This document shows, in pieces, positions 44,171-54,494 of a stretch of DNA of 64,000 nt. Within the stretch, counting starts at the first letter, position 1. Every line of letters starts with the position of its first letter. Under the pieces are notes generated by a model. It made no database searches and was not told the origin of the DNA. It saw nothing but the letters and a program-made list of their open reading frames with translations. Both the position numbers and the translations under genes were made by a program. The stretch is from positions 128,001-192,000 of the forward strand of contig CAWJZV010000024.1 of assembly GCA_963847445.1 (NCBI GenBank). Reading direction: 5' to 3'. Origin of the DNA: an uncultured delta proteobacterium (lineage in GTDB: Bacteria > Desulfobacterota > Binatia > UBA9968).

Positions 44171-45196
44171 ATGGGTAAGTTTCACGTAGTTTATTTTGGC
44201 AGCAACGATGTGCCGGTCGATCTGCTCAAGCCAATCCTGGCCGAGATCGACGCCGACATGACCATCCGCCGCCCGACCACCGACGCGGAAGTGATCGAAA
44301 TGGCCAAGGATGCCGACGGCATCATCATGCACGGCTCGGTGCCGCTGTCGCGCGAGATCATTTCGCAGTTAAAGCGCGTCAAAGTCGTCTGCCGCACCGG
44401 CGTCGGCGTCGACAGAATGGATCTCAAGGCCGCCGCCGATCACGGCCTGATCATCTGCAACGCCGCCGGCTGCAACTCCATCGAAGTCGCCGAGCAAGCG
44501 ATCGGCTTGATGATCGCGATCTCGCGCAAACTCGTGCGCATGAACCAATATGTCCACGACGGCAAGTGGAAACGCCACACCGCGGAACTGCACGCCTACC
44601 GCGGCCGGGTTTATCGAATCCAAGGCTGCACCATGGGCATCGTCGGCCTGGGCCATGTCGGCAAACAAGTCGCCCCGCGCGCCCAGGGCATGCGCTTGAA
44701 CGTGCAAACCTTCGATCCCTATCTCGATCCCAAAGTAGCCGAACAGATGAATGTGAAAATGGTCGCCTTCGATGAGTTGGTAAAGACTTCCGATTTCATC
44801 AGCGTCCACGCGCCGTTGACCAAACAGACCCGTCACATGTTCGGCATGCCGCAATTCAAGATGATGAAAAAGAGCGCCTATCTGATCAACTGCGCCCGCG
44901 GCGGCCTGGTCGACACCGACGCATTATATGACGCCCTGGTCGCCGGCGAACTCTCCGGCGCCGCCCTCGACGTCACCGACCCCGAACCCCTGCCCGCCGA
45001 TCACAAAATCTTGACGCTGCCCAACGTCATCGTCACCTGCCACACCTCGGCCAACTCCGACGAATCCTACGTCGATTGCCAGTCCCACGCCGCCAGGGAA
45101 GTCGTCGGCGTATTGAGCGGCCGAGGCCCAACGACGCAGATCAAGGATCCGTGGTTGTTGGCCGAAGCGCAGGATGAGGGATTTGGCGGAGTATAA
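44171..45196 (+). CDS. D-2-hydroxyacid/phosphoglycerate dehydrogenase-like (CtBP type)
   Basis: RTGVGVD, GIVGLGHVG, INCARGGLVD, LDVTDPEP. Confidence 0.92.
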   Translation: MGKFHVVYFGSNDVPVDLLKPILAEIDADMTIRRPTTDAEVIEMAKDADGIIMHGSVPLSREIISQLKRVKVVCRTGVGVDRMDLKAAADHGLIICNAAGCNSIEVAEQAIGLMIAISRKLVRMNQYVHDGKWKRHTAELHAYRGRVYRIQGCTMGIVGLGHVGKQVAPRAQGMRLNVQTFDPYLDPKVAEQMNVKMVAFDELVKTSDFISVHAPLTKQTRHMFGMPQFKMMKKSAYLINCARGGLVDTDALYDALVAGELSGAALDVTDPEPLPADHKILTLPNVIVTCHTSANSDESYVDCQSHAAREVVGVLSGRGPTTQIKDPWLLAEAQDEGFGGV

Positions 45197-45224
45197 TATT
45201 TGGGACGAAGCTTTCTTGCGATAA

Positions 45225-45257
45225 CAAAGGCCCGGGTCGTAATGACTCGGGCCTTTG
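45225..45257. terminator. Terminator-like hairpin between convergent genes
   Basis: CAAAGGCCCGGGTCG-taa-TGACTCGGGCCTTTG. Confidence 0.7.
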
Positions 45258-45361
45258 CTATTTGTAGTGGAGCACGCGCACTAATTTTCAACGCATCCTA
45301 AAGGTCGTTACCATGAAGAACGCGCGTCTTCCATTTCACTAATCAATTTCCAGAATGCTCT

Positions 45362-45823
45362 CTACCGAAACGTCCAACCTTTGTCTCGAATCAGCTGTAG
45401 CAGAGTTCGATGACTAATCCCGAAGTGGTCGCAGACGTTCGGTATCCGTGGACGATCCCCGGTTCCACTGCTCTTTTCTCCGGTCACAACGGTTGCGTTT
45501 TTTATTTTTGCAAGGGCGATCACAAACGGGTCCGCGCGGTTGCGGTCTTTCATCGCTCCGACGAGCCGTGGAAACTGATTCAAAATTTGCTGCGTTCCGA
45601 TTTGGACGTCTTCGTCAAGCGGTACGAACATCGCGCTGTTCACCTTAGCCCATTTATGAACTTCATCGTCTTTCTGACTTAACTCCAAAAGTACTTCATC
45701 AGGCGCTAGTAGTTCTTTAGCTTTGATCATTTCTTCAAGGTGTGACCAGAGCGATGGGAACACGTCCGGTGGATAATTTCTAACCCAGCCGTCGAGCAAC
45801 GCGCTCGTATCGATCACGTACAC
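45362..45823 (-). CDS. DUF4411 family PIN-like protein
   Basis: YVIDTSALL, YPPDVFPSLW, ADPFVIALAK, VVTGE, IPNVC. Confidence 0.85.
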   Translation of the reverse strand: MYVIDTSALLDGWVRNYPPDVFPSLWSHLEEMIKAKELLAPDEVLLELSQKDDEVHKWAKVNSAMFVPLDEDVQIGTQQILNQFPRLVGAMKDRNRADPFVIALAKIKNATVVTGEKSSGTGDRPRIPNVCDHFGISHRTLLQLIRDKGWTFR

Positions 45824-45837
45824 CAGTTAAGTCCGAT

Positions 45838-47022
45838 CTAAGCCGCGCGATCCGCAACATCCTGCTCAATAGTGGACAAATGCTTAAGTTTTACGCCCAA
45901 CATCTCGGCTACATCGGACGAATTGATTGCTTCAGTGTGGTAGGCCTCAAGGACCAGCCGAATAAAAGTCCTTCCCAAGTCACGGGTCTTGAGCACGTGG
46001 TGTGGCACAAACCCGCCTTGAGTTCGTTCCGCGTCTCTCCTGTAGGCGTCAACAATTTCTTGACGCCTCTGTTGGTAAAACGATTGCGATATCCGGCCTA
46101 GCGTAAGCAGACGACGCAGTACAACCTCCTGGCTGACGGAATACTTTTCAGCGAGCTGGCGTATCTCCGCCTCCGCCCAAGTTGCACGAGATGCTTTACC
46201 AGTCACAAGCGGCTCGCTGAGAAACTCTCTCGATGGTAAAAGAAAAACTCCAGCGACTTGGTTACAAAAGATTTCGGTCATTTCTTCTTGGCTTCCCCCT
46301 CGTGTTGTCGTGTGAAGATCGCATAGCCCTCCACGATTCAGCAGAACATGAGCAAACTCGTGGATAAGCGTAAATACTCTTCCGCGCGGAGAGTCTTTAG
46401 CGTTTACAACGATAACGGGATACATCGCGGCACTGATTGAAAACCCACGAACTTCGTCGAGAGTCACTGCACCAGTTTGAAAAACGAGAACACCGACCCT
46501 CTCCAAGGCAGAGATCCAACCGTGGAGGGCCTCATATCGGCCCCGCCAATCGTACTGTTCTTCCAATGTAACACCGAGAAGTTGTCGCGCTTCAGCAGCA
46601 ACATGATCCGCATCACGTAGATTAGACCTGACTATATGAGTTCGCGGAGGATCAACTCCAATGCTCGCTGCGAGTTCCAATGCCATTTCGCGACGCATTT
46701 GTGCGCGTCTGATTTCCAAGCTCAATTTTGGGCTTGCCGGCGCCTGTGTTAGGTCCGGCAACCGGCGAAAGTCTTTGAGTGCGTCAAAATCGCGAGGGGC
46801 TTCCGAAAGAAAAAAAACAGCCAACGGCCGTTTATAAACGTTTGCCGCCTTTCGCAATTGCCCAATGGTAGGACTGGAAATGCCAGACTCGGATTCCCAT
46901 TCGGACAGCTTAGACTCCTTGACGCCAATCTTCCTCGCCGCATCTGCTAGCGGAAGATTGAGGCTTTCACGAGCCCACTTGAGCACAGAAGGCCTAACTA
47001 ACGCCTTTATCTGTTTAGCCAT
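45838..47022 (-). CDS. XRE HTH + ImmA/IrrE (M78) metallopeptidase
   Basis: LKWARES..WES..PTIGQLRKAANVYKRP; RGFS, FTLIHEFAH (HExxH), EIFCNQVAG. Confidence 0.9.
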   Translation of the reverse strand: MAKQIKALVRPSVLKWARESLNLPLADAARKIGVKESKLSEWESESGISSPTIGQLRKAANVYKRPLAVFFLSEAPRDFDALKDFRRLPDLTQAPASPKLSLEIRRAQMRREMALELAASIGVDPPRTHIVRSNLRDADHVAAEARQLLGVTLEEQYDWRGRYEALHGWISALERVGVLVFQTGAVTLDEVRGFSISAAMYPVIVVNAKDSPRGRVFTLIHEFAHVLLNRGGLCDLHTTTRGGSQEEMTEIFCNQVAGVFLLPSREFLSEPLVTGKASRATWAEAEIRQLAEKYSVSQEVVLRRLLTLGRISQSFYQQRRQEIVDAYRRDAERTQGGFVPHHVLKTRDLGRTFIRLVLEAYHTEAINSSDVAEMLGVKLKHLSTIEQDVADRAA

Positions 47023-47302
47023 CGGTTTTTACTGCTAACAACGATCCATGGAGATTCGACTTTAGGCCAAGATTGAGACAAAACATAGGGTAGGCCTTAG
47101 CCACGAGTCAAGGATATTGTGGACTGGAAACAAAATTGTGAACTTTAAAAACGCCGGCCCGTAAGAAACACCATACTCGAGTGAGCTAAGGACAGCCCAA
47201 CTGAAGGTTCTGGAGTCTACGCAGGCAGATTGTTTCCCTTGAGTCGGAAGCTGGTTTCGCGCTAGGAACTAACAACAGTAAATTATTTGGGATAATTATC
47301 AC

Positions 47303-48517
47303 ATGGCCAATCCCCGCATCATCATCGCCGGAGCCGGACCGGTGGGAGTCGTTTCCGCACTTGCGCTGGCGCAGCAGGGCTACGCGGTCACGCTGCTCGA
47401 GGCCGACGCGGTGATTGACGATAATCCGCGGGCGGCGACGACCCATCCGTCGACGTTGGAGATGATCGCGCGGGTTGGCTTGATCGATCAGTTCATCAAG
47501 GAAGGCCTCGTGGCGCGCTATTTTCAGTTTTGGGATAAGCCGACGCGGATACGCATCGTTCAGTTCGATCATGAGCTTTTGCGCGAGGAGACGCCCTATC
47601 CGTTTGTCGTGCAGACCGAGCAGCATAAACTCGCACGCATGGGCATCGAGCGGCTTAAAACCTTTGCCGATGTCGAGGTGCGATTCTCCACTCGGGTTAC
47701 CGGCGTGACCCAGGACGCCGATGGAGCAACGGTAACGGCGGAAGGACCGAATGGTTTGGAGTCTTTTCGCGGCGATTGGATCATCGGCGCGGACGGCGGG
47801 CGCAGCACGATACGAAAATCACTAGACATCGACTTCGAAGGCTTTACCTGGCCGGAGAATTTTCTCGTGCTGACGACGACGGAAGACTTTCAGCAGCTGC
47901 TCGGCGGCTGTTGCTATCGCAACTATCTCGCCGATCCTGATGAATGGACGAATCTATTCAAGGTCGCCGGTGATGACGGCAAGGGGCGCTGGCGCGCTGT
48001 GTTTCCGACCAAAGTCGACGAGAGTGACGAGCAGGCGCTGGGCGACGAGTCGACCTACTCGCGTTTGCAGCGGGTCTATCCATTGAACCGGCGCTACAAC
48101 GTCGTCCATCGCAATCTCTACAAAGTGCATCAGCGTGTCGCCGCCACTTTCCGCAAAGGCCGCGTGATCCTTGCCGGCGATTCGGCTCATGTGAACAACT
48201 CCGTCGGCGGCCTGGGTCTCAACAGCGGCATTCACGACGCCATGGAACTGGTCGACACGCTGCATGAGATTATCGACAACAAAGCCGATCACGCCTTGCT
48301 CGACCGCTATACGCGCCGGCGCCGCGCCAGCAATATCGAATCGGTCCAAGAGCAAACCATCGCCAACAAAAAGCGCCTTGAAGAGCGCGACCCCACGGCG
48401 CGTCAAGCCCGCTTCGACGAGCTGCGCGCCACCGCCGAAGATCCGAAACAGCACAAGGAATTTCTCCTGCGCACATCGCTGATCGCCAGCGTGCGCAAAG
48501 CGCGGAGCATCGACTAA
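47303..48517 (+). CDS. FAD-dependent aromatic monooxygenase (MhpA-like)
   Basis: GAGPVG, IGADGGRSTIR, GDSAH..GGLGLNSGIHDA. Confidence 0.92.
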   Translation: MANPRIIIAGAGPVGVVSALALAQQGYAVTLLEADAVIDDNPRAATTHPSTLEMIARVGLIDQFIKEGLVARYFQFWDKPTRIRIVQFDHELLREETPYPFVVQTEQHKLARMGIERLKTFADVEVRFSTRVTGVTQDADGATVTAEGPNGLESFRGDWIIGADGGRSTIRKSLDIDFEGFTWPENFLVLTTTEDFQQLLGGCCYRNYLADPDEWTNLFKVAGDDGKGRWRAVFPTKVDESDEQALGDESTYSRLQRVYPLNRRYNVVHRNLYKVHQRVAATFRKGRVILAGDSAHVNNSVGGLGLNSGIHDAMELVDTLHEIIDNKADHALLDRYTRRRRASNIESVQEQTIANKKRLEERDPTARQARFDELRATAEDPKQHKEFLLRTSLIASVRKARSID

Positions 48518-48724
48518 CTGAGGTCACTTCGCGGATGCTGGCGAATCCGATTCGAACAGCGCCCCCTCGTCACGGCACAATCCTGTTCCGATTCCGCCGC
48601 AAACCGCCCACTTCACGGAAGGCTCTAGCCAATTAAACGAAATCCCTGGCAATCGAAGGAACCTATGCTCGGGGCATGGTAGTTGCTGCTCCAATTACTG
48701 GAACGAATGGGAGGGGCATACACT

Positions 48725-49297
48725 ATGAAGAACTATTTGACAGCCGGAATCCTGTTGGCACCATTAGCGACGGCGGCGGCCTTCGCCCAGAGCGGCGACG
48801 AGGATTTTTACCAGCAGTGGGTCAATATCAAAGACGGCGAAGTTTCCGTCGCCTTCAATCAGACACCCGTGCAATTCGCTCTCGATGCGTTTCACGCCAA
48901 GACCGGATTTAACATCGTCGTGCCAGCGTCGACGGAGTCGAAGACCGTCAATCTGCGTTTGCATCGTCAACCCTTCGAACCGGCGGTTCGTTCGCTCATC
49001 TCCACCATCGGTTACGACAATTTTGCCATGGTCTACGATCAGAAAGGCCGGCCCCATAGCGCAGTGGTTCTCGGCGCGCGGGCACCCGCCGGGGTCGAAG
49101 CATCGAACACCGCTGCACCGATCGCGCCTCTGACCATCGAAGAGCGCGACCGGCTCAAAAAAGAAATCGACCGCTGGAATGAACTGAAACAGGAAGAGCG
49201 CGGCCGCATCGAAGAGCGCTTGCGTAACGTGCCGGCGTCGGAAGACCGCGAGATTCTGGTCCGAGAGTATGGCCGCCAGGTCTTAGGCTTGAAGTAA
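48725..49297 (+). CDS. Secreted hypothetical protein (STN-like N-domain)
   Basis: Signal peptide ending AFA-Q; GGAGG RBS; VSVAFNQTPVQFALD. Confidence 0.55.
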   Translation: MKNYLTAGILLAPLATAAAFAQSGDEDFYQQWVNIKDGEVSVAFNQTPVQFALDAFHAKTGFNIVVPASTESKTVNLRLHRQPFEPAVRSLISTIGYDNFAMVYDQKGRPHSAVVLGARAPAGVEASNTAAPIAPLTIEERDRLKKEIDRWNELKQEERGRIEERLRNVPASEDREILVREYGRQVLGLK

Positions 49298-49374
49298 GTC
49301 GATCGAACGTCGGAGGACGAAGCGGCGCAGCGATATGCGCGCTTCCTTCTTCCGCCTTCATCCCTCAGCCTTTA

Positions 49375-50529
49375 TTACTTTTCCCACAATTCTTTAGTCG
49401 CGATGCGCGCCCCTTCGGCCATCGCCTCAAACTTCGCCCAGCCCACCTGCGGATGGCCGACCCGCGAGCCGATGCCGCAATCGGTACCGGCGATGAGGTT
49501 TTCCTTGCCGACGATCTTGGCGTAACGCACCAAACGGTCGGCGATGGCCCGCGGATGCTCGATGAAATCGCTGTAGTGGCCGACGACCCCGGGCATGAGC
49601 ATCTTGCCATCCGGCAGCTTCACCTCTTCCCAGACGCGCCACTCATGATCGTGGCAGGGATTGGACGCCTCGATGGAGTAGGCGCTCGCTTTAACTTTAA
49701 GAATCAGATCCGCAATGTCCTTGAGCGGCACGTCGTATTTGTGCGGCCCATGGTAACTGCCCCAGCACATGTGGAAGCGAACGCGCTCTTCGGGCAAGCC
49801 GGCGAGCGCATGGTTCAGCGCAGCGATGCGCAGCTCCTGATACTTCCGGTAATCCGCCAGCGACATTTCCGGATGCATCTGCCAGGCATCGGCGAGATCG
49901 GGATCATCGATCTGCAAGACAAATCCGGCATCGACGATCGCTTGGTACTCTTCACGCATCGCGCCGGCGATGGCAAAGAGATACTCCTCGGTGGTTTTGT
50001 AATATTCGTTCTTCATCCAATGCTCCATCGTGCCGGGAGCGATGGCCGGGAGAAATGCCTCGGTGTACTGCTTGCCTTGGAGCGCCGCTTTAAGATTGGC
50101 GATGTCGGCATTAACTTCATCCTGGCCGATATACTTGAGCGGCTCGACGCAGTAGAACACCCGGGCGTGATGGCCGATGGCGGTTCTGCCGCCGCGGTTG
50201 AAATATTCGGTGAACTCCTTCATGTCACGGCCGAAGATCGATGTCGGTTTGAAATCCGCCCCGGCCTCGCGCTCGACGAATCCGCCGAGCCGCTCTTTGG
50301 TATAGCGGGAGAAATTCGACTTGCCCAGCTCGCCGTCGTTGACCACGTCGATGCCGCAGTCGATCTGCTTTTGCACGACTTCGGCCACCGACTCGCGGGT
50401 CCGCTTGGCCAGCGCCGCGCTGTCATAAGGCTTACCCTCATTGCGCGCCACCAACATCTCCATCAAATCCTTGGGCCGCGCCAAACTGCCGACATGCGAG
50501 ACTAAAATCCGATCCGTGCTATGTTTCAT
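49375..50529 (-). CDS. Cobalamin-independent methionine synthase II family protein
   Basis: HVGSLARP, GIDVVNDGE, LQIDDP, HMCWG, IAGTDCG; own GGAGGAG RBS before ATG 50529. Confidence 0.9.
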   Translation of the reverse strand: MKHSTDRILVSHVGSLARPKDLMEMLVARNEGKPYDSAALAKRTRESVAEVVQKQIDCGIDVVNDGELGKSNFSRYTKERLGGFVEREAGADFKPTSIFGRDMKEFTEYFNRGGRTAIGHHARVFYCVEPLKYIGQDEVNADIANLKAALQGKQYTEAFLPAIAPGTMEHWMKNEYYKTTEEYLFAIAGAMREEYQAIVDAGFVLQIDDPDLADAWQMHPEMSLADYRKYQELRIAALNHALAGLPEERVRFHMCWGSYHGPHKYDVPLKDIADLILKVKASAYSIEASNPCHDHEWRVWEEVKLPDGKMLMPGVVGHYSDFIEHPRAIADRLVRYAKIVGKENLIAGTDCGIGSRVGHPQVGWAKFEAMAEGARIATKELWEK

Positions 50530-50594
50530 AATACTCCTCCGATAACTCTTATCAACGATTGAAACCTTTGGAACGACTGGAACGATTGGAACTA

Positions 50595-51738
50595 TCATTG
50601 CTTTCGCCGGCAGCGCCTTCTTGACCAAATCGCGAATTGTTTCAATATCATCGATCCATTCCGTCTTGATCCACAGGTAGCGCCCGCCTTTGCTTCGCTT
50701 GGCTATATCGAGAACCTTATCCTTGGGAATGTCTTCGCGCAGCGAATCATATTGGCCGAAGGTCTTGGCATTGTGCTCTAGCCAAGTGCTCTGTCCTTCT
50801 TTGGACAGCAGCCAATTGATCGCCACCTTGGCGGCGTTGGGATGGGGCGCGCGGTTGAAGAAACTCAGCGTGCCGTTGTAAGTCGCCAGCGACGCCCCTT
50901 CCTTCATATGGTTGGGAACGAATTGGTTGATCGGCAGTCCCTGCGCGATCGCTTTGTCGACATCACGGGCGCCGAAGCCGAGCGCATGGCGCCCGGTGCT
51001 GAGCCAGTCCATCAGCTGGTCGTCCGAGCGCACGATGGTCATGTTGGTTTCGGCGTAGAGCCGGCGCAGAAACTCCGGACCGAGCTCGGGATGCTTGTAG
51101 AAAAAAATCTGCGGCGTATTGATCGGCCCGGCCACCAGCGGATCGATGGTGACGATCTTACCCTTCCATTTGGGATCGAGCAGATTCCAGTAGGAGCGAA
51201 TCTCCGCGGCATTGACCAGCTTCGAATTAAACGTGATATCGCCCGCCCGCGGCGTGCCTTCGAAGACGAAAATATGGCGGTTCTCCGGATCGTTGTAATG
51301 ATGCTTGCCCTCGAACCAATTGGCTTCGTTAAGAATCTCGGGCAGCACCAACAGCGGCTTGATCGGCTCGAGGATCTTGGCTTTGTGAAACACCGTCAGC
51401 GGCGTGACGTTGCCGGTGATGCACAGGTCGGCGATGTATTTCTCGCCGCGCCGCTCGCTCATCACCCGCTGGCCCAGCTGAAACCCGCGGCCGACTACTG
51501 ATGTAACCTTGATCTTGGGATACTTCTTTTGAAACCCGTCGCGAAACACCGACTCGAACGCCGAGGTCATGTAAATGCTGACCGCGCCCTCTTCCTCCGC
51601 GGCTTTCACGGTCTTTTCCCAATCCGCTTGCCAGGCCGCCGGCTTAACTTCAGCGGCATGGCCCAACGATTCGACCATGACTGAGAACAGCGTCAACAGA
51701 ACCATTGCATAGACATCACGAATCGATTTTGCGGTCAT
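50595..51738 (-). CDS. Extracellular solute-binding protein (apparent fusion to next gene likely an indel)
   Basis: WEKTVKAAEEEG, LLDPKWKGKI, APHPNAAKVAINWLLSKEGQ; removing one A near 50603 gives ..PAKQ*. Confidence 0.82.
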
Positions 51739-51877
51739 GGGCAGGCTTCCTTTCGCACGCCGGGGAAATTAATCAATGGCCCGGTCAAAACGATACATGG
51801 AGGTAAATTTCTCAATTGATAATGTAAGCGGACCAGCCGATATGCCGCGGCGAAAATTTTATCGATGTCTCGGCGTC

Positions 51878-53350
51878 CTAGTCGCCCACTCGCCCCGACT
51901 GTTTCTCCATCACGTATTTCACCAAGAACGGCCACACCTGAGTCGCGTCGGCGAGCATCTCGGCGTAGATGCCGTTCTTGTCAGCCTTGCGCCACGACTC
52001 ATTCTCGGAATAGGTGCAGCCCGAGAGATGGCCGAAGTGGGGTTTGTCAGGGCAGATTCTCACGCCGTAGCAGAATTTGCGATTGGGGAAAGTTGGCCCT
52101 AAGCGTTCGTTGATGATCTCGATCAAAGGCGCGACGTTTTGCACGTTGTTACGCGGCACGCCGCCGCCGATGGAAAGTATGCCAAACCGCTTCGGCCCGG
52201 TGACCACGCGAATCAACTCCTTGCTGTCCAGTTCCAGGTTCATCAGGATCGGCTTCTTGCCGCGCCGGCGCCGTTTGATGTTGTGAATATAGATATCGTT
52301 GCCCAGCTCCGAATCGACGAACGCCGGCACGAACACCGGAACTCCATGCTGGTATGCCGACTTCAGCACGCCGCGATCGTTGGGATAGTTCTCGGCCAAG
52401 TGCTTACCGATCAATTTGTTGAACGCCGTCGGACTGAGCATCTCCTTGCCGTCGATCTTATCGATCACCTTGCCGATCACCTCTTCGACGGTGTCCAGAT
52501 TGGTTTCCGGCTCCAGCGTATCGGTCACGCGGTTGAGCTTGCGCCGCGCCAGCTCGGTGTCGTCGAACTTGGGATTGTATTTGTAATGCTTGAGACCGAT
52601 GGACGACACCAAGCCATGCGCCATCAGCGCGCCTGTGGACGAGATCGCGTGGATCAATCCCAACTCGATCATGTCGCAGATAACCAGATCCATCTTGCCG
52701 ACGGTCATGGCGCCGCTGACCGTGAGAAAGCGCACGCAGTCCTTATCGCCGGTCATCGCTTCAAGAGCTTTTGCGCCGCGCGCCACCTGCGCTGCCAGGC
52801 CGCCATTGGCAGCCAGCCCGTAGATGAAGGAACTGACCGAGCTGCGCTTGCCATTCAACCATTCGTCGAGAGCCGCGTAAATCACCGGCATGATGAAGCG
52901 CGGATCGGCGAACACCGCGTCGGGGAAAAACCCGTCGCGCACCTGGCCGGGCCGCGCCATGTCGAAGGGGTTAATAAAGATGGCGCGCTTGGGCTTCTTA
53001 TAAATCGGCTCGGCATCGCGCTCGGAGAATGCACCGACGACGATGACATTGCCGCCGCGAGTCTGCATCTTGGCGTAGGCCGATGGCGTCACGATCCGCC
53101 GGCACCAGCGGTTCTTGACGAATTTCTTGAGCAGCCGCCCCAGCGGTGTCTTCTCCAGACCGTCATAGATCAGCAGCGGCTGGTCTTGAGCCGTCGCCAT
53201 CTCGCAAATGGTCTTGGCCACTTCGCCGAGCATGCGCGCGCCGAAGGCGCAGTAGCGCATGGCGTCGACGATGTCGCCGACGCTGTCGCACTTTTGCAGA
53301 TCGAGGGATCGCAGTTCCTCGAAGGGTAGTGTCTTGGCGGAATGTTTCAT
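51878..53350 (-). CDS. Deoxyhypusine/homospermidine synthase family protein with extended N-terminus
   Basis: FLTVSGAM, STGALMAH, PVFVPAFVDSELG, GGGVPRN, GHLSGCTYSENESWRK. Confidence 0.87.
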   Translation of the reverse strand: MKHSAKTLPFEELRSLDLQKCDSVGDIVDAMRYCAFGARMLGEVAKTICEMATAQDQPLLIYDGLEKTPLGRLLKKFVKNRWCRRIVTPSAYAKMQTRGGNVIVVGAFSERDAEPIYKKPKRAIFINPFDMARPGQVRDGFFPDAVFADPRFIMPVIYAALDEWLNGKRSSVSSFIYGLAANGGLAAQVARGAKALEAMTGDKDCVRFLTVSGAMTVGKMDLVICDMIELGLIHAISSTGALMAHGLVSSIGLKHYKYNPKFDDTELARRKLNRVTDTLEPETNLDTVEEVIGKVIDKIDGKEMLSPTAFNKLIGKHLAENYPNDRGVLKSAYQHGVPVFVPAFVDSELGNDIYIHNIKRRRRGKKPILMNLELDSKELIRVVTGPKRFGILSIGGGVPRNNVQNVAPLIEIINERLGPTFPNRKFCYGVRICPDKPHFGHLSGCTYSENESWRKADKNGIYAEMLADATQVWPFLVKYVMEKQSGRVGD

Positions 53351-53459
53351 TGCAGCTTTCTTGTTCTTCAAATGTCCCTAGCAAAGAGGGCGGGTTTAAA
53401 CCCGCCCTCAACAAGAATTGAGTCTTTTTTGCGTTCTTTGCGGCTGACCTTCCGGGTTT

Positions 53460-54494
53460 CTAGCGCAGCGCCGGCAACACCGACTTGGCGCAGCGCTCCA
53501 TCGACCTCAGCACCTTGTCCTGGCTGAGCCCGCCGAAGTGAAACGTCAGACCGATATGCGTCGTGCCGACGGTCTCGACGATGCGTTTGAGAATGCGCAC
53601 GCAGCTTTCCGGCCCGCCGAACACGCCCCGACTGTCGCGCACCATGGCGTCGTAGGCGAGGTGCGGGAAGACCCGCTCATGGGCCGGCGTGCCGGGCGTG
53701 GCGCCAACCGCGTCCAGGGCAAAGCCGCGCCAACGGTGCCAGTGGTCGACGACATCGGCTTTGGCTTGTTCGTCGCTGTCGCCGACATAGACGGGATACA
53801 TGGTGAACACATCTTTATCGTCGACGGCATGGCCCGCCCCACGCAGCGCCGCCTTGTACGATTCCACCCGCGGCCCCTGCTCCTCGTTGGTGGCGATCCA
53901 CGGCAGCGTCATCAAATGATGGCCGCGCGAGCCGGCCAGATGGAAACTTTCCGGATCGCGGTTGGCGGTGATGTAGATCGGCGGATGAGGCCGCTGATAG
54001 GGCTGCGGATAGACTTTGAGCTTGGGGAAATTGTAATGCTCGCTCTGCCACTCGAACTCTTCGCCGCTCCACGCCCGCATGACGATATCGAGAGCTTCGG
54101 GCAAACGCTTCTGCGCGTTGCTCCAATCGGCGCCGAACACCGCGTATTCAGTCGGATGCATGCCGCGCCCGGCGCCGAAACAGAGCCGCCCTTCGGACAG
54201 CTGGTCGACCATGGCGAACTCTTCGGCGATGCGCAGCGGGTTGTGCATCGGCAGCAGCGACACCGCCGCGCCCACACGAATCTTCTTGGTGCGCTGCGCC
54301 GCCGCCGCAAGGATCACCGACGGACTCGGCATCTGCCCGCCGAAGTGGCGAAAGTGATGCTCGGTCACCCACAACGAATCGAAACCCAGCGCTTCCGCGG
54401 CGTCCATCTGCTCGAGCCACTTGGAATAAATCTCCCGGCTACCGCCATCCAGCTCGGGAACATAGGTATTGAGAATGTAATAACCGAATTTCAC
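53460..54494 (-). CDS. LLM class flavin-dependent oxidoreductase
   Basis: GFDSLWVTEHHF, HNPLRIAEEFAMVDQLSEGR, PQPYQRPHPP. Confidence 0.93.
   Translation of the reverse strand: MKFGYYILNTYVPELDGGSREIYSKWLEQMDAAEALGFDSLWVTEHHFRHFGGQMPSPSVILAAAAQRTKKIRVGAAVSLLPMHNPLRIAEEFAMVDQLSEGRLCFGAGRGMHPTEYAVFGADWSNAQKRLPEALDIVMRAWSGEEFEWQSEHYNFPKLKVYPQPYQRPHPPIYITANRDPESFHLAGSRGHHLMTLPWIATNEEQGPRVESYKAALRGAGHAVDDKDVFTMYPVYVGDSDEQAKADVVDHWHRWRGFALDAVGATPGTPAHERVFPHLAYDAMVRDSRGVFGGPESCVRILKRIVETVGTTHIGLTFHFGGLSQDKVLRSMERCAKSVLPALR

Noticed and set aside
49375-51738. 787 aa SBP-methionine synthase fusion in the ORF track
   Set aside because: The linker translates an intergenic-type repeat, the MetE-like part has its own GGAGGAG RBS and ATG at 50529, and deleting one A near 50603 restores a stop (..PAKQ*). 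Most likely an indel artefact.
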